A stretch of DNA of 64,000 nt from Heterodontus francisci (Eukaryota): NCBI RefSeq assembly GCF_036365525.1, contig NC_090407.1:12653441-12717440 (forward strand), written 5' to 3'. Positions 1 to 10,804 of the stretch are shown here, in pieces (positions within the stretch are counted from its first letter, which is position 1; every line of letters begins with the position of its first letter). The translations under genes and the position numbers were made by a program. Under the pieces are notes generated by a model that had not been told where the DNA came from, searched no databases, and saw only the letters and a program-made list of their open reading frames with translations.

Positions 1-67
1 CATGGTTTAAAAATAAAATTTGAAAATTTATATGTAAATAAAAATAATAAACAAAAAATAATGGTGC

Positions 68-1175
68 TCATGGTCTGAAATTGTTGAACTCAATAGTGAG
101 TTCTGACGGATGTAGAGTGCCCAATGGGAAAATTAGGTGCTGTTCCTCAAGCTTGCATTGATGGTCACTGGAACAGTGCAGCAGGCCGAGGACAGAAATG
201 TGGACATAGGAACAAGGTGGAAAATTAAAATGGCAAGCAACTAGAAGCTTGGGATCATGCTTGCAGACCAAGCGAAGGTGTTCTGTAAAGCAGTCACCCA
301 ATCTGTGTTTGGTCTCCCCAATATAGAGGAGACTGCATTGTGAGCAGCAAATACAATATACTAAATTGAAAGAAGTAGAAGTAAATCATTGCTTTACCTG
401 GAAGGAGTGTTTGGGGCCTTGGATGGTAGAAGAGAAGGTAAAAGGACAGGTATTACACCTCCTATGATTGCATGGGAAGGTGCTGTGGGAAAGGGAAGAG
501 GTGTCAGGGTGATGGAGGAGTGGATTGGGGTGTCGCGGAGGGACACACACTTTTGGAATGCTCACACAGAAATTAAGAGCAGGAGTAGGCCCTTTGAGCC
601 TCCTCTGCCATTCATTATGATCATGGCTGATCATCCAACTCAGTAGCCTGTTCCCGCTTTCACCCCATACCCTTTGATCTCTTTAGATCCAAGAGCTATA
701 TCTCACTCCTTGAAAACATACAATGTTTTGGCCTCAACTGCTTTCTGTGGTAGTGAATTCCACAGGCTCACCACTCTGGGTGAAGAAATTTCTCCTCATC
801 TCAGTCCTGAAAGGTTTACCTTGTATCCTTAGACTATGACCCCTGGTTCTGGACTCCCCCACATTCGGGAACATCCTCCTGCATCTACCCTGTCAAGTCA
901 TCAGAATTTTATAGGTTTCTATGAGATTCCCCCTTCACTCTTCTGAACTCCAGCGAATATAATCCTAACCGACTCAATCTCTCCTCATATGTCTGTCCCA
1001 CCATCCTAGGAATCAGTCTGGCAAACCTTCACTGCACTCCCTCTATAGCAAGAACGGGAGGGGAAGATGTGTTTGGTCGTGGCAGATGATCTTTTGGCAT
1101 GGAGGCTGGTGGGTGGAAAGTGAAGACAAGGTGAACAATGTCGCAGTTCTGGGAGGGAGGGGGAAGGGGTGAAAC
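68..1175 (-). mobile_element. Penelope-like retroelement, decayed GIY-YIG endonuclease/3' region, split by a CR1 insertion
   Basis: ORFs 386..634 and 68..301 join across a stop into CNHRRCNTCPF...VYCICCSQCSLLYIGETKHRLGDCFTEHLR...HFN...KLEEQHLIFPLGTL..LTIEF, a PLE-type GIY-YIG signature; related sequence resumes at about 1051-1175. Confidence 0.85.
563..1050 (-). mobile_element. CR1 LINE 3' fragment nested in the Penelope element
   Basis: CR1 3' UTR-type text (gagcaggagtaggcc...gatcatggctgat, gaagaaatttctcctcatctc) shared with many other copies in the window. Confidence 0.8.
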
Positions 1176-1639
1176 CTCATTATTACAATAGGATGACCTG
1201 TTGCACTCTTGAGTCTATATCTCACCTTTTAATGTGGTTGAGATAGGTTTTAAAGGCTTTTGATGGAGGGAAAGGGGGCAACGTAGTTTTTAGCAGGGAA
1301 TTCAAAAGAGCACGGGTAGAGTTACTAGTATTGGCTATTAATAGTGAAGAGGAGGAAGTAGTAACCCAGGGTGGAGTTGAAGGTTGGGTCGACGGCACTC
1401 AAGCAGTGTTTAGCGAGATGGGGGAAATTTGAAGTCAAGGGCTTGGAGGACAAATAAAGCTCGGCAAGGATCGGGGTGAGGAATTTTGAGAGCGAGGACT
1501 CGGGGGATGATCATTAGAGGAAATTTACCTGGGGACTGGTGAAAGGGTGGGCAGTAAACGACGGCCTTTGTCCAATCTCACTAGATTGTACCTCATGCAT
1601 ATGTATCCCTATTCGTTTTTTACACTGTTAGGATACGAC

Positions 1640-2000
1640 AGAGGTGCTTAATTCTAAAGGGTGATTTGTATTTGGGTGCAGAAAGTTGCTGATATAATTA
1701 AATAGTTTATATTCAAGCTTTCGAGCATTGTACACTCTTCACCAGCTACGTAGGCCCCTGTGTGTTCGAAGTGCCTAATCGGGCTAATTAAATACAGCCA
1801 ATTCACATAAATATGAGAAATTACAAATTGGCTCCAAGTCAGAAGCCACTTTGCAACTCATCCATTTTAATGAGTATTTACAAAAAGCAGCATTACATAA
1901 AATCCCTTTATAAGCACAGAATGGTTGTCATATGATTGATAAATCTTTTAAACTGTTACACAGAAATTAAATAAGCAGCATTCATGCTTTTAACAGCATC
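1640..2000. promoter_or_regulatory. candidate enhancer-like non-coding block
   Basis: non-repetitive, TAAT-rich; TGTCA (MEIS-type) at 1926-1930 next to TGATTGAT (PBX/HOX-type) at 1933-1940; conservation not tested. Confidence 0.35.
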
Positions 2001-2651
2001 GATACTGGAGAGCGGCTCTTTGCCAGGGGCGCACGGGATCACAGAATTACTGCGTTCACCTCCCATTATGTTGCTCATGGGCAAAGTTTGTAAAATATTT
2101 ACTAAATTAGACATACTGTAAAATATTTGAATTTTAGCTAGCTGTCATATCAAGTGTATGTATGTGTATGCCCTGCTGGTTTTTCTAACTTTGAGGAGCA
2201 GCTGGGTATTTAAACACCGGACGATCTGGAGAGACGCACAATTGCCCTCAATTTGCATAATCGCTAGTTGATGTCAAGATGTGTCTATTCAAAGCAGGAG
2301 AACCTTATCGGGTTAAAGGGACAGACCAGATTTCACACAGCTCCAGCTGAACAGTACAATAATGAGCATTACACGGTCTAATGGCCACCCTCCTTAAAGC
2401 AGAATATTCACCGAGCAGCAGTAGTGCTAATACATTGCCTGTTATTCCATTGCTCCCTTGCCTACACTAAGCAAATTAGTAACTCCCCATTTATATCCGT
2501 TATGTCTGGGTAACCGGTTTCTGATTAGAACTTGTATCAATGAATAGTATGTCAATGGGATTGTTTGATTTGACGTTATCTCCATTTGAACAGGGTGTCG
2601 TTTCTGCAGTCCAATTGCAGTTGCTAAGTTTTTAAAAAAATAAATACTTAC

Positions 2652-2850
2652 CTCTTTGGATCAGATCAGCTGAGGGTGTTTAAATTCCATCGACATGAGG
2701 CTTTCCTGGACAGGCTCCGCCTTTATCTTTTGAAGCTGCGTGCAACGTGTTTTTGTTTTTTTTAAATTGCAGACTTCGGACTCGATTCCGGAGCTAATCC
2801 GATGTAAGGTGCCTTGCTACCGGGGGTTTTCCCTGTCGCGCGTTGTAACC
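2652..2850 (-). other. putative non-coding first exon of a gene running leftward out of the window
   Basis: consensus donor GAG|GTAAGT at 2652/2651 on minus strand, in locally CpG-rich DNA; contains only a short uORF (2661-2696, MSMEFKHPQLI*); 5' limit approximate. Confidence 0.5.
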
Positions 2851-2975
2851 CCTTTCGCTCCGATACATAATTGCAACCAGCCAGCTGATCGATTTCAGCA
2901 CCACGTGCCTGTCGTTGCCTTGGCTACAAATAAACACAAAGCTGCGCTGGCTTTCCTGGCTGAGCCAAGTTGAGG
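2850..2975 (-). promoter_or_regulatory. CpG-rich promoter with E-box, RFX X-box and forkhead motif
   Basis: CACGTG 2902-2907; GTTGCCTTGGCTAC 2914-2927; AATAAACA 2929-2936. Confidence 0.5.
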
Positions 2976-3074
2976 GTCTGCCATCAGAATCCTAATGGAA
3001 CAAGATCATAGTCTCTATAATTAAATAATGACAACTCATCTTCCTCTATAGTTACATTGGTCGATGAAAGAAAA

Positions 3075-3630
3075 GAACAGGGATGAATAAATATAGCGCC
3101 CTTCACAACCTCAGGACATCCCAAAGCACTTTGCAGTCCTTGAAATATTTTTGAAATGTAGTCACTTCTAATGTAGGAAACCTGGCAGCCATTTTGCACA
3201 CAGCAAGGTCTCACAAATAGCAATTTGATAATGACCAGGTAATTGTTCCGAAGAAGGGTCACTGACCCGAAACGTTAACTCTGCTTCTCTTTCCACAGAT
3301 GCTGCCAGACCTGCTGAGTGATTCCAGCATTTCTTGTACTTGTTTCAGTGATGTTGGGTGAGGGATAAATATTGGCCAGGTCACAGGGGAGAGCTCCCCT
3401 GCTCTTCGAATAGTGGCACAGAATATTTTACGACCATTTAAGACGGCAGATGGGGCTTTCATTTAACGTCCAATCCAAAATATGGCACCTCTGACAGTGC
3501 AGCACTCCCTCAACACTGCACTGGAGTGTCAGGCTATACTTCGTGCTCAAATCCTTGGAGCCTTGGAGTAAGCCACATTCACAACTTTCTGGCTCAGAGT
3601 CAAGTGTGCTACAAACTGAACCACAGCTTG
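3075..3630 (-). mobile_element. Deu-domain tRNA-derived SINE (SacSINE1/AmnSINE1-like), interrupted by a Penelope pLTR fragment
   Basis: Deu-like core and L2-type tail ...aagggcgctatattt on minus strand; many sister copies in the window. Confidence 0.8.
3245..3346 (+). mobile_element. Penelope pLTR fragment with minimal hammerhead motif (family A)
   Basis: gtt-CCGAAGA-a-gggtca/c/tgaccc-GAAA-cgtt-aac; near-identical 5'-truncated copy at 4483-4575. Confidence 0.7.
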
Positions 3631-3719
3631 GTTTTAAAAAAATGAAAAATGACAGTTATTGCCTTCCCATGGCCTCCTGAAAGTGCTGACTCATTGGATA
3701 CAAGTTCCATAGAAGCCTT

Positions 3720-4475
3720 CCTTCCAGTATCTCTTCCAAGTTCCCATCAGACATGCGTCCTTGAAAACTACTGCCACATCTCCAAACTCCCTTTGCTTTC
3801 TAAAATCCTCCCAAATTTGTGCCAATCTTTCCTGGAACTCCAATCAGGTTTCCACACGGCCACAGTACCGAAACTGTTCTTATCAAAGTCACAAATGACA
3901 TCCTATGCGACTCTGAGAAAGGTAAGCTACCCTCTTCATCTTTCGTGACCTGTCTGCAGCCTTTGACAAGGTTGACCATCCATCCTCCTCCAACACCTCT
4001 GCACTGTCTTCCATCTGGGTGGAACTACACTCACGTGGTTCCATTCTTATCTATCTAATCATACCCAAAGAATCAGCTGCAATAGATTCTCTTCCCACTC
4101 CCACAATTACCTCTGATGTCCCTCAACAACCTATCCTTGGCCCCCTTCTATTTCACATCTACATGCTGCTCTTTGGCAACATCATTCAAAAACACAACAC
4201 CAGTTTCCATGTATAGGCTGATGACATCCAGCTCTACATCACTGCCACCTCTCTTGACCCCTGCACTGTCTCTAAATTGCCAGACTTCTTATCTCACATC
4301 CAGTATTGGATGATCAGAAATTTCCTCCAATTGGGAAGACCGAAGCTATTCAGTTCCTGCCTCAAAATCCACTCCCTCGCCACTGACACTATCCTTCTTC
4401 CTGGCAGCTGTCTGAGGCTGAATCAGACTGTTCCCAATCTTGATGTCCTATTTGACCACAAGATGAGCTTCCATG
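3720..4475 (+). mobile_element. L2 LINE RT remnant
   Basis: frameshifted motifs HSTETVLIKVTNDIL, SDVPQQPILGPLLFHIYM, ADDIQL, WMIRNFLQL. Confidence 0.85.
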
Positions 4476-4482
4476 CATGGAA

Positions 4483-4575
4483 AAGAAGGGTCACTGACCC
4501 GAAACGTTAACTCTGCTTCTCTTTCCACAGATGCTGCCAGACCTGCTGAGTGGTTCCAGCATTTCTTGTTTTTAT
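4483..4575 (+). mobile_element. Penelope pLTR fragment (family A), hammerhead core truncated
   Basis: near-identical to 3251-3340. Confidence 0.7.
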
Positions 4576-4957
4576 AACAGGTACTTTATATAGGCACAGT
4601 GTGCTAGCATTCGCTGTCTAGATTCACAGGTACAGTTGGGAAAGGGCAAATGGAGAATATCTGTGGTACTGTGAAACAATATGACTCTTTGGGGTGGGTT
4701 TGGGAGGGGAAAAGAGGGAAACTAAACTGCATTTTAAAAACATAGACACAAGTGCCATTCTCATATATCACACAACAGATTTTATTGCAATGCTGTGTAT
4801 GCTTCTCTGTAATCCACGGTACATTAATATAAACCTACTACAATGATGTGACAACCAAGCAAAATACATTTTTGTATTATAAATATCCAAAGTGAATTTG
4901 AAGCTTATAATTTAATGTAGGATTTACATGGCATTAAGATGGCAGAGTAATGTAACA

Positions 4958-5088
4958 ATAGAGTTCTGACCAAAGGTCATTGAAATGTTAACTCTGTTTC
5001 TCTCTCCACAGATGCTGCCTGACCTGTAGAACATTTCTGGCATTTACTGTTTTTATTTCAGATTTCCAGCATCCACAGTATTTTGCTT
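4958..5088 (+). mobile_element. older Penelope pLTR fragment with degenerate hammerhead
   Basis: agagtt-CTGACCA-aaggtcatt-GAAA-tgtt-aactct followed by ccacagatgctgcctgacctg. Confidence 0.6.
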
Positions 5089-5089
5089 G

Positions 5090-5197
5090 TGATGTTAAAG
5101 GGACAGTGTAACACATTAAAGGGATAATGTAACATGATATTAAAGGGGCAGCATATCACATTATAGGGGCAATGTAACACATCATTAAAGGGGCACT
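5090..5197. repeat. degenerate ~21-24 bp tandem repeat (cattaaagggrcartgtaaca)
   Basis: about five imperfect copies visible. Confidence 0.65.
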
Positions 5198-6439
5198 ATT
5201 CTTTGTGAACTAAGAGAGTGGAGCTTAAGCCACTTTATATCATTTGTGTTGCAAGGGGATCATGCCCCAACTGATACACTAATCTCTGAGCCACAGTGAA
5301 ATATTTGTAGGTAACTGCATCATCACATTACAGTTTTTGCCAGAAAAAAACCTTTTCAATGAAGACAGTATCCCTTTAATTCTTAGCACTCAGTGGACAA
5401 AAGTTGCACTGTGGCAGATGAGGACAGAATTGGGCTTGATTGTGATGCGCTCCATATTTAAATACCCCACCACACTCACCGTCTAAGCTCACAAGAGAAG
5501 ACTAACTACTTAGTTGAGGTGTGGCACAATAGCCAACTCGAGTACAAGCATATCTCAACAGGAACCAGTGCCTTTAGGAGAGGAATGCCAAGAAACTGGG
5601 AAAGGGGAAAACTGCAAAATGTTTAATGGAAAAAATGATTGGCTTTACGATGATGGCATTGCATTACTTGTTACAACCCTGAAAGAATGGCATGCAAGCC
5701 ATTTTATAAAGATGACAATATCACTTTAAGGTTGTTTAATATTCTTCCCAGCACAGTGAAGTAAAGTCAAGATAATAACAGAAAACTATTTATAATTTAA
5801 ACAGTTTCTCACTGTGATCATGCAGATTCAACACTGCAGGGAGCTGCAGTGGATGTCTAGGTCTGCCGGCAGTTTCCTATAGTTACAGTTTGGTGGGATT
5901 CTTTTAGTGCTACAGGAGGTCTCCTACGAGGCTCTCACAGACTCCACCATACTTCTGTCACCCTGAACCAAGCTAACTGTCATTTACTTGGAGCGAGTTG
6001 CAATGCTGAGGATTCAGTTGGAGCCAGAAACAGAGTCAAACATGCAAACAGAGGTTCATTTGGCTGAGAAAGCAGGCAGAGATTGAGAGATCAACCTTCT
6101 CCCAGGCTGTGTCACTACAGACTTTTGGCTCTCAATTGCTTTTCTGCATAAAAATGTCCTGAAGATCAAACAAATGACATCACTATCTTTGTCTGGCTTG
6201 AAATAAAACTTTCAGCTTTGAATTGTATGAAACAATCTGTCATCTGATAATACAAAGTGTTGGTTATATTTGCATATTAAAGATGTGATGAAATGAAAAA
6301 AGAAACAGATACTGGTCATTGTGGGAAAGACAGAATTCTAAATAAACCAATACGGAGGCATTGGATTGCCCAGTGTCATCAAACAAAAGTGTTCCCTTTT
6401 TAGAGGGGCACAACTAACAAGGAACAAAATCATAAAACA

Positions 6440-6685
6440 AAGGAAACTTATAAAGTTAAATAGTATTTCCAGTGTTCAGTATACACTGCAGTCCCTGCAG
6501 TGTCCACCTGTTGTGGAAGGCCTCAAGGGCACTGCATTCTCCTTCTCCACGTCGACCCAGATACAGACAAGAAGCAGACAGCCAGAGTAGCCACTCCCAT
6601 GGGCCGTGTCCATCCTGGATCTGTAGATGGCCGCCTTATCTAGTCCCAGGAGCAGACCTATGAGGAGGTTCTCCAACTTGCCTGT
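6440..6685 (-). mobile_element. Tx1/L1-clade LINE ORF2 C-terminal fragment
   Basis: ENLLIGLLLGLDKAAIYRSR...EKENAV resembles Tx1-type ORF2 ends. Confidence 0.6.
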
Positions 6686-8980
6686 CTGTAGTTAGCAACC
6701 TTGTGGATGTAACTCTGTTACAACTCCTGTTAATCATTATATTGACCTCATCTCTTTGGGTTGTGAGGGTTTACCTGCCCTATCTGGTTATGGCATGTGA
6801 GTCCACAAGAACTTAAAGACCATTAGGCATTTTTCTTAGATTGACTCAATCTACTCTTCTTACTGTATCCCTCAATCCCCTCTCGCCAGAAACACAACCA
6901 CTTATATTGTTCACTTCCCTTGTAACTTACTCGACAAATCTATTACCCCTTGGTAAAACAACTGACCTGACGTAACATCCCCTCTCACTCATAATATCCT
7001 CATTTTCAATTGTTTTTCAAAACCCTTTACTATATCAAAACATTTGCAGATTTTCTTTATATGACCTTGAAAACATCAATTAAGTAATCTTAAGGTTACC
7101 TCTTTTCAAAGTATTGAGAATGCTCAGTTACATGTACTGGAATACATATGCAACCATATCTTATAATGTCATTCCTCTGTGATTTATTCCACTGAAAAAT
7201 TCATGCAAGCTACCCTTGTAACTTAATGCTTTTAAATTGGATTTACTGGTGTCAATGCTGGCCACTCAGCCCTTGCATTTTTCATACAGACCATGAAATG
7301 TATGCCCTAGCACAACTAAGAATGTAGTGCACCAATCAGCTGATTCTTTTGTTTTCCCCCCATTCAGTAAAGTAGGAGCCTGTGGAATCAATGTTTACAA
7401 CATAGCCAGAACCAGACTTCTTCTAAAAAATAAATAACAGACATGGCACTTAAAGTATCACCTTGTTGATATTTCCAGGATATCCGTGTTCTGGTTCTAC
7501 CACGACCTTTCAACAACTTGTATGTTTAATCTGGCGAAAATATGCTGAGATGCTTCACTCAAAGGTGGAAAAAACAGATACCACGCAGGAGTTAGAAGCA
7601 AAGACCAAAGGCTAGGTCAGAGAGGGAGATTTGGAGGAGATTTATGAAGTTATGGAAAAATGTAGCAAGGTGGAAAGATTTAGGAAGTGAATTTCAGAGT
7701 TATGATAAGCGAAGGTTCTGCCAGTGGTAGTATGGAAAAGGGACCAGAGTTGAAAGACTAGCTAGTGAGAACTGGGACATAGATTTGGAAGAGGTTACAG
7801 AGTGGTCATGAAAGATTTGCAAATAAACTATTACAGTATATTAGACTTCTGAGAAACTGGTAAATTCTCAGAAGGGTTGAGGATTATTTCCTATAAAAAT
7901 GGGGTCATCCCTCTTACCGTCACCCTTTTAAAGTTATTTCCTATCCACTCTATCATTATCACTACTACCTAAAAATTTTTCTGTTATCACTTCCTGCTCT
8001 CTGTCCTCTCTTGTTCCTTCCTGTTCTCAATTCCTATTGACAATATTTGCTATCAGCTATTGTTATCATTTCCTCATGATCATTCTGTTGCTGCTAATTA
8101 TCCACTCTTTTATTGCTACTTTCATTTTAGGTTAGTTCCTTGGTTCCATTTTATGTCACAAATGTTTATAATGGAAATTCTTTCAGTCATAATTCTTTAT
8201 TATCATTATGAGAAACCTGGTTGAATGTCCAAGTACATCATCAACATTGAGGAGTGAAGGAAATGATGAGATAAATGCACACCCAGTGATGATGCCATCA
8301 TAAACTTTTATTTTAAAACCTGATGGTTGTAGGAGGAAAAGCAGACTCAAGGAGGTTAGAGGTTCTACCATTTTGCGGTGCTGGAAAAAACTGTTAGACT
8401 AGGAGGTGGTGAGATGAGTCTTCATGTCAATACAATGAGAATATCGAAAAGATTAATTCCTGTATTACAACAGTGACTATACTTGAAAAGTACTGCATTG
8501 GCTGGTAAAGCACGTTGGCATGTCTTGAAGTCATGAAAGGTGCTGTATATGTGCAGGGTTTTCTTACACAAAATGTTCAAAGGAGGAATCGTGTATTTGC
8601 AGATTAGGAAGAACAATAGAAGAAATTCAGAAGACCATTAACCAGTGATATTAATAGAATAGGTTGCAATAGAGAGTAAGAGGTTGAGGGTGGGTGGGGG
8701 AGATGAGAAAGGGATCATCTATCAGAAGACAAGATTTTGATTGTATCCCATAGTGTGAGATAGATGTTAGAAACACCTTTCCGTGTATGGCAAAAGTATT
8801 AAGGTTTGGGTTTTATAGAGGGTTAAGCGATGTTGAGGGGAAAAGAGGAAATCAAGCTTTACCAATGGAGGAGGTGAAGTTAGAGGACATAGTGAGGCCA
8901 AAAATATCAATAACTGGAGAATGATGAAAAGTGGAACCACGTGGGAATGATGATTAGACTTGGAGAGATGCAAAGAAACT

Positions 8981-9152
8981 GAGCTAGATTTTCAACTTGC
9001 TGCCTGGAAGTGAAACTGATGAGGTGGATTGGCTGCATATTATAGAAACTATCCAACTGTCATTTCCAATCAATGGAAATGGGTGGTTGCTATAACAGGC
9101 GGCTGTCTGCAGTGCCAGTTTCATGCCTAGGTGGCAAGTTGAAAATATACCT
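8981..9152. mobile_element. palindromic MITE, probably PIF/Harbinger-derived
   Basis: termini tagattttcaacttgctgcct / aggtggcaagttgaaaatata and central ttcca-atcaa-tggaa give a ~170-bp imperfect hairpin. Confidence 0.65.
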
Positions 9153-9342
9153 CTGTGGAGGATTGAACATGATTTTCATTGTCCATTGAAGGGCATTAGT
9201 AGGATCAAAGTGTGGTGATTCAGCCAGTACATTGCATGAGAATCTGTGGCTGTGTCCACTGAAGGAATGCAATGTGAATGGAAGAATCAATGAACCATGG
9301 CAGCTAATGCTCTTATTCTACAAGGGACAGCATTTTCAATCA

Positions 9343-9348
9343 TTTATT
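9343..9348 (-). terminator. candidate polyadenylation signal of the Ig gene
   Basis: AATAAA on minus strand about 70 nt downstream of the stop codon. Confidence 0.5.
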
Positions 9349-9415
9349 AACAAATCATACAATATTTTTCCAAACACATATTCCACAACCTAGTAAATAT
9401 AGATGCAGTTGCTAT

Positions 9416-10804
9416 CTATTGACTAATAAAAGTTACTGTTGAGCTTGATTTGTCTGGCAGCCAAGGGTTAGATATGACACAGGTGAACCGAGTTCCCTCA
9501 GCCACTGAAACATAGAGGCCACTTCTGAAATTGAAATATTCATCTGTCAACTTCATGACTGTTTTTGAGCGAGAGGTGATGTCTTTGCCATTATCTGCTA
9601 GCCAACTGATGCTTCCGAGGGGAAACCCTCCTTCAGTGTGGCAGATGAGAAACACATTGCGGAAGTTGGGAGAGTGTTTTCCATATGTGATTACTGGATT
9701 ACTATAGGGTGCTGCTACTCGAAGTTCCAAAAGAGCTTCACCAATTAACTTCTCTTTTTTTTTAACCCTACAGATATACTCTCCCATGTCCTCAATTGAG
9801 ATGTTTTTTATCTTCAAGTTTGGAGATCCATGCAAAAAGTCCTCCCAGTACAGGAAAGCCCGGTTCACATATCTTGGATTTTGATCAACTAGATTTTCCT
9901 CTTCATTTATGAAAGAATAGACCAAATACTCCTTGCTATTTGAATCCTTGTTGACCCAGTAGAAACCCAATTCAGCAATGGTGACCGGATCGCTCGCCGG
10001 AATAGAAACATCACATATTAGTTCAACATTACTTCCAACTATTCCCACTATATCCTTATATGGTGTAGAGACTGTGACACTTGGCAAAGGCAACACTGAA
10101 TCTACCAAGAAGTTTTCAATGTATTGATTCCAAACACTGCAGATGTACTTTACTCCCTTCTTGACCCTGACCACAAGAGAACTTTTTACGTCATATGTTT
10201 CGTTGCGTTGTTTTTCCGTAACAGTGTTTGCCTCTTGTGTAATGTCATCACCTGCAGCAATCCACTGAACAAGAGGCTCAGGAAACCCTTCCTTAGCCGC
10301 ACAGTTTATTGATACTTTGTCTCCTTCCACTACTTCTTTGGGTTCATAGTCTACAAAAATGTCCTTGAATGGTATACAAATAAAGAGAGTAACAGCGAGG
10401 CTCTTGATCCCATTAACATAACAAAAATAATCTCCACTGTCCTCAAGTATTGTTGGGTTAATGTTCAAGATGGATAAACTTGCATTGAGATAGCTGCCAC
10501 GCACTCTTGCTTTGAGCCTTTCAGACAGATATTGGACTACTTCCTCATTGGGACTGAATGAGTGATGGAGCACTCTCTCCAAGGTGTGGTCATCTGTGGT
10601 TCGTTCCCACTCAATATCAAAGGTGCCTGATTCTGATACTGTCTCACTTAAACTGCACAGTGCTGTAAATTGGTGACCTTCCTGTACTCCTACAACTGAT
10701 TTATGGCTAATCATAGTCGGATTCTTTAACCTTTCCACTCTTGTGCTTTGGAACCGCAGCAACAGATACAAAGCATGTAGGTAGAAAATTGGAAGCAGTC
10801 TCAT
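9416..10804 (-). CDS. B7-family (CD276/B7-H3-like) protein, signal peptide + IgV-IgC-IgV-IgC, no TM segment, single coding exon, 462 aa
   Basis: uninterrupted ORF; first ATG at 10804 gives a hydrophobic leader MRLLPIFYLHALYLLL; four Ig Cys pairs with Trp; EDSGDYFC and EDMGEYIC V-set motifs; B7-type DQNPRYVNR, LRVAAPYSNP, GFPEP/GGFP; acceptor ttattttcag|G at 10882/10881 upstream. Confidence 0.9.
   Translation of the reverse strand: MRLLPIFYLHALYLLLRFQSTRVERLKNPTMISHKSVVGVQEGHQFTALCSLSETVSESGTFDIEWERTTDDHTLERVLHHSFSPNEEVVQYLSERLKARVRGSYLNASLSILNINPTILEDSGDYFCYVNGIKSLAVTLFICIPFKDIFVDYEPKEVVEGDKVSINCAAKEGFPEPLVQWIAAGDDITQEANTVTEKQRNETYDVKSSLVVRVKKGVKYICSVWNQYIENFLVDSVLPLPSVTVSTPYKDIVGIVGSNVELICDVSIPASDPVTIAELGFYWVNKDSNSKEYLVYSFINEEENLVDQNPRYVNRAFLYWEDFLHGSPNLKIKNISIEDMGEYICRVKKKEKLIGEALLELRVAAPYSNPVITYGKHSPNFRNVFLICHTEGGFPLGSISWLADNGKDITSRSKTVMKLTDEYFNFRSGLYVSVAEGTRFTCVISNPWLPDKSSSTVTFISQ

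Noticed and set aside
2661-2696. Selenoprotein-type TGA readthrough in the first exon (MSMEFKHPQLI-TGA-SKE)
   Set aside because: No recognisable homology or SECIS evidence; a uORF is the simpler reading.
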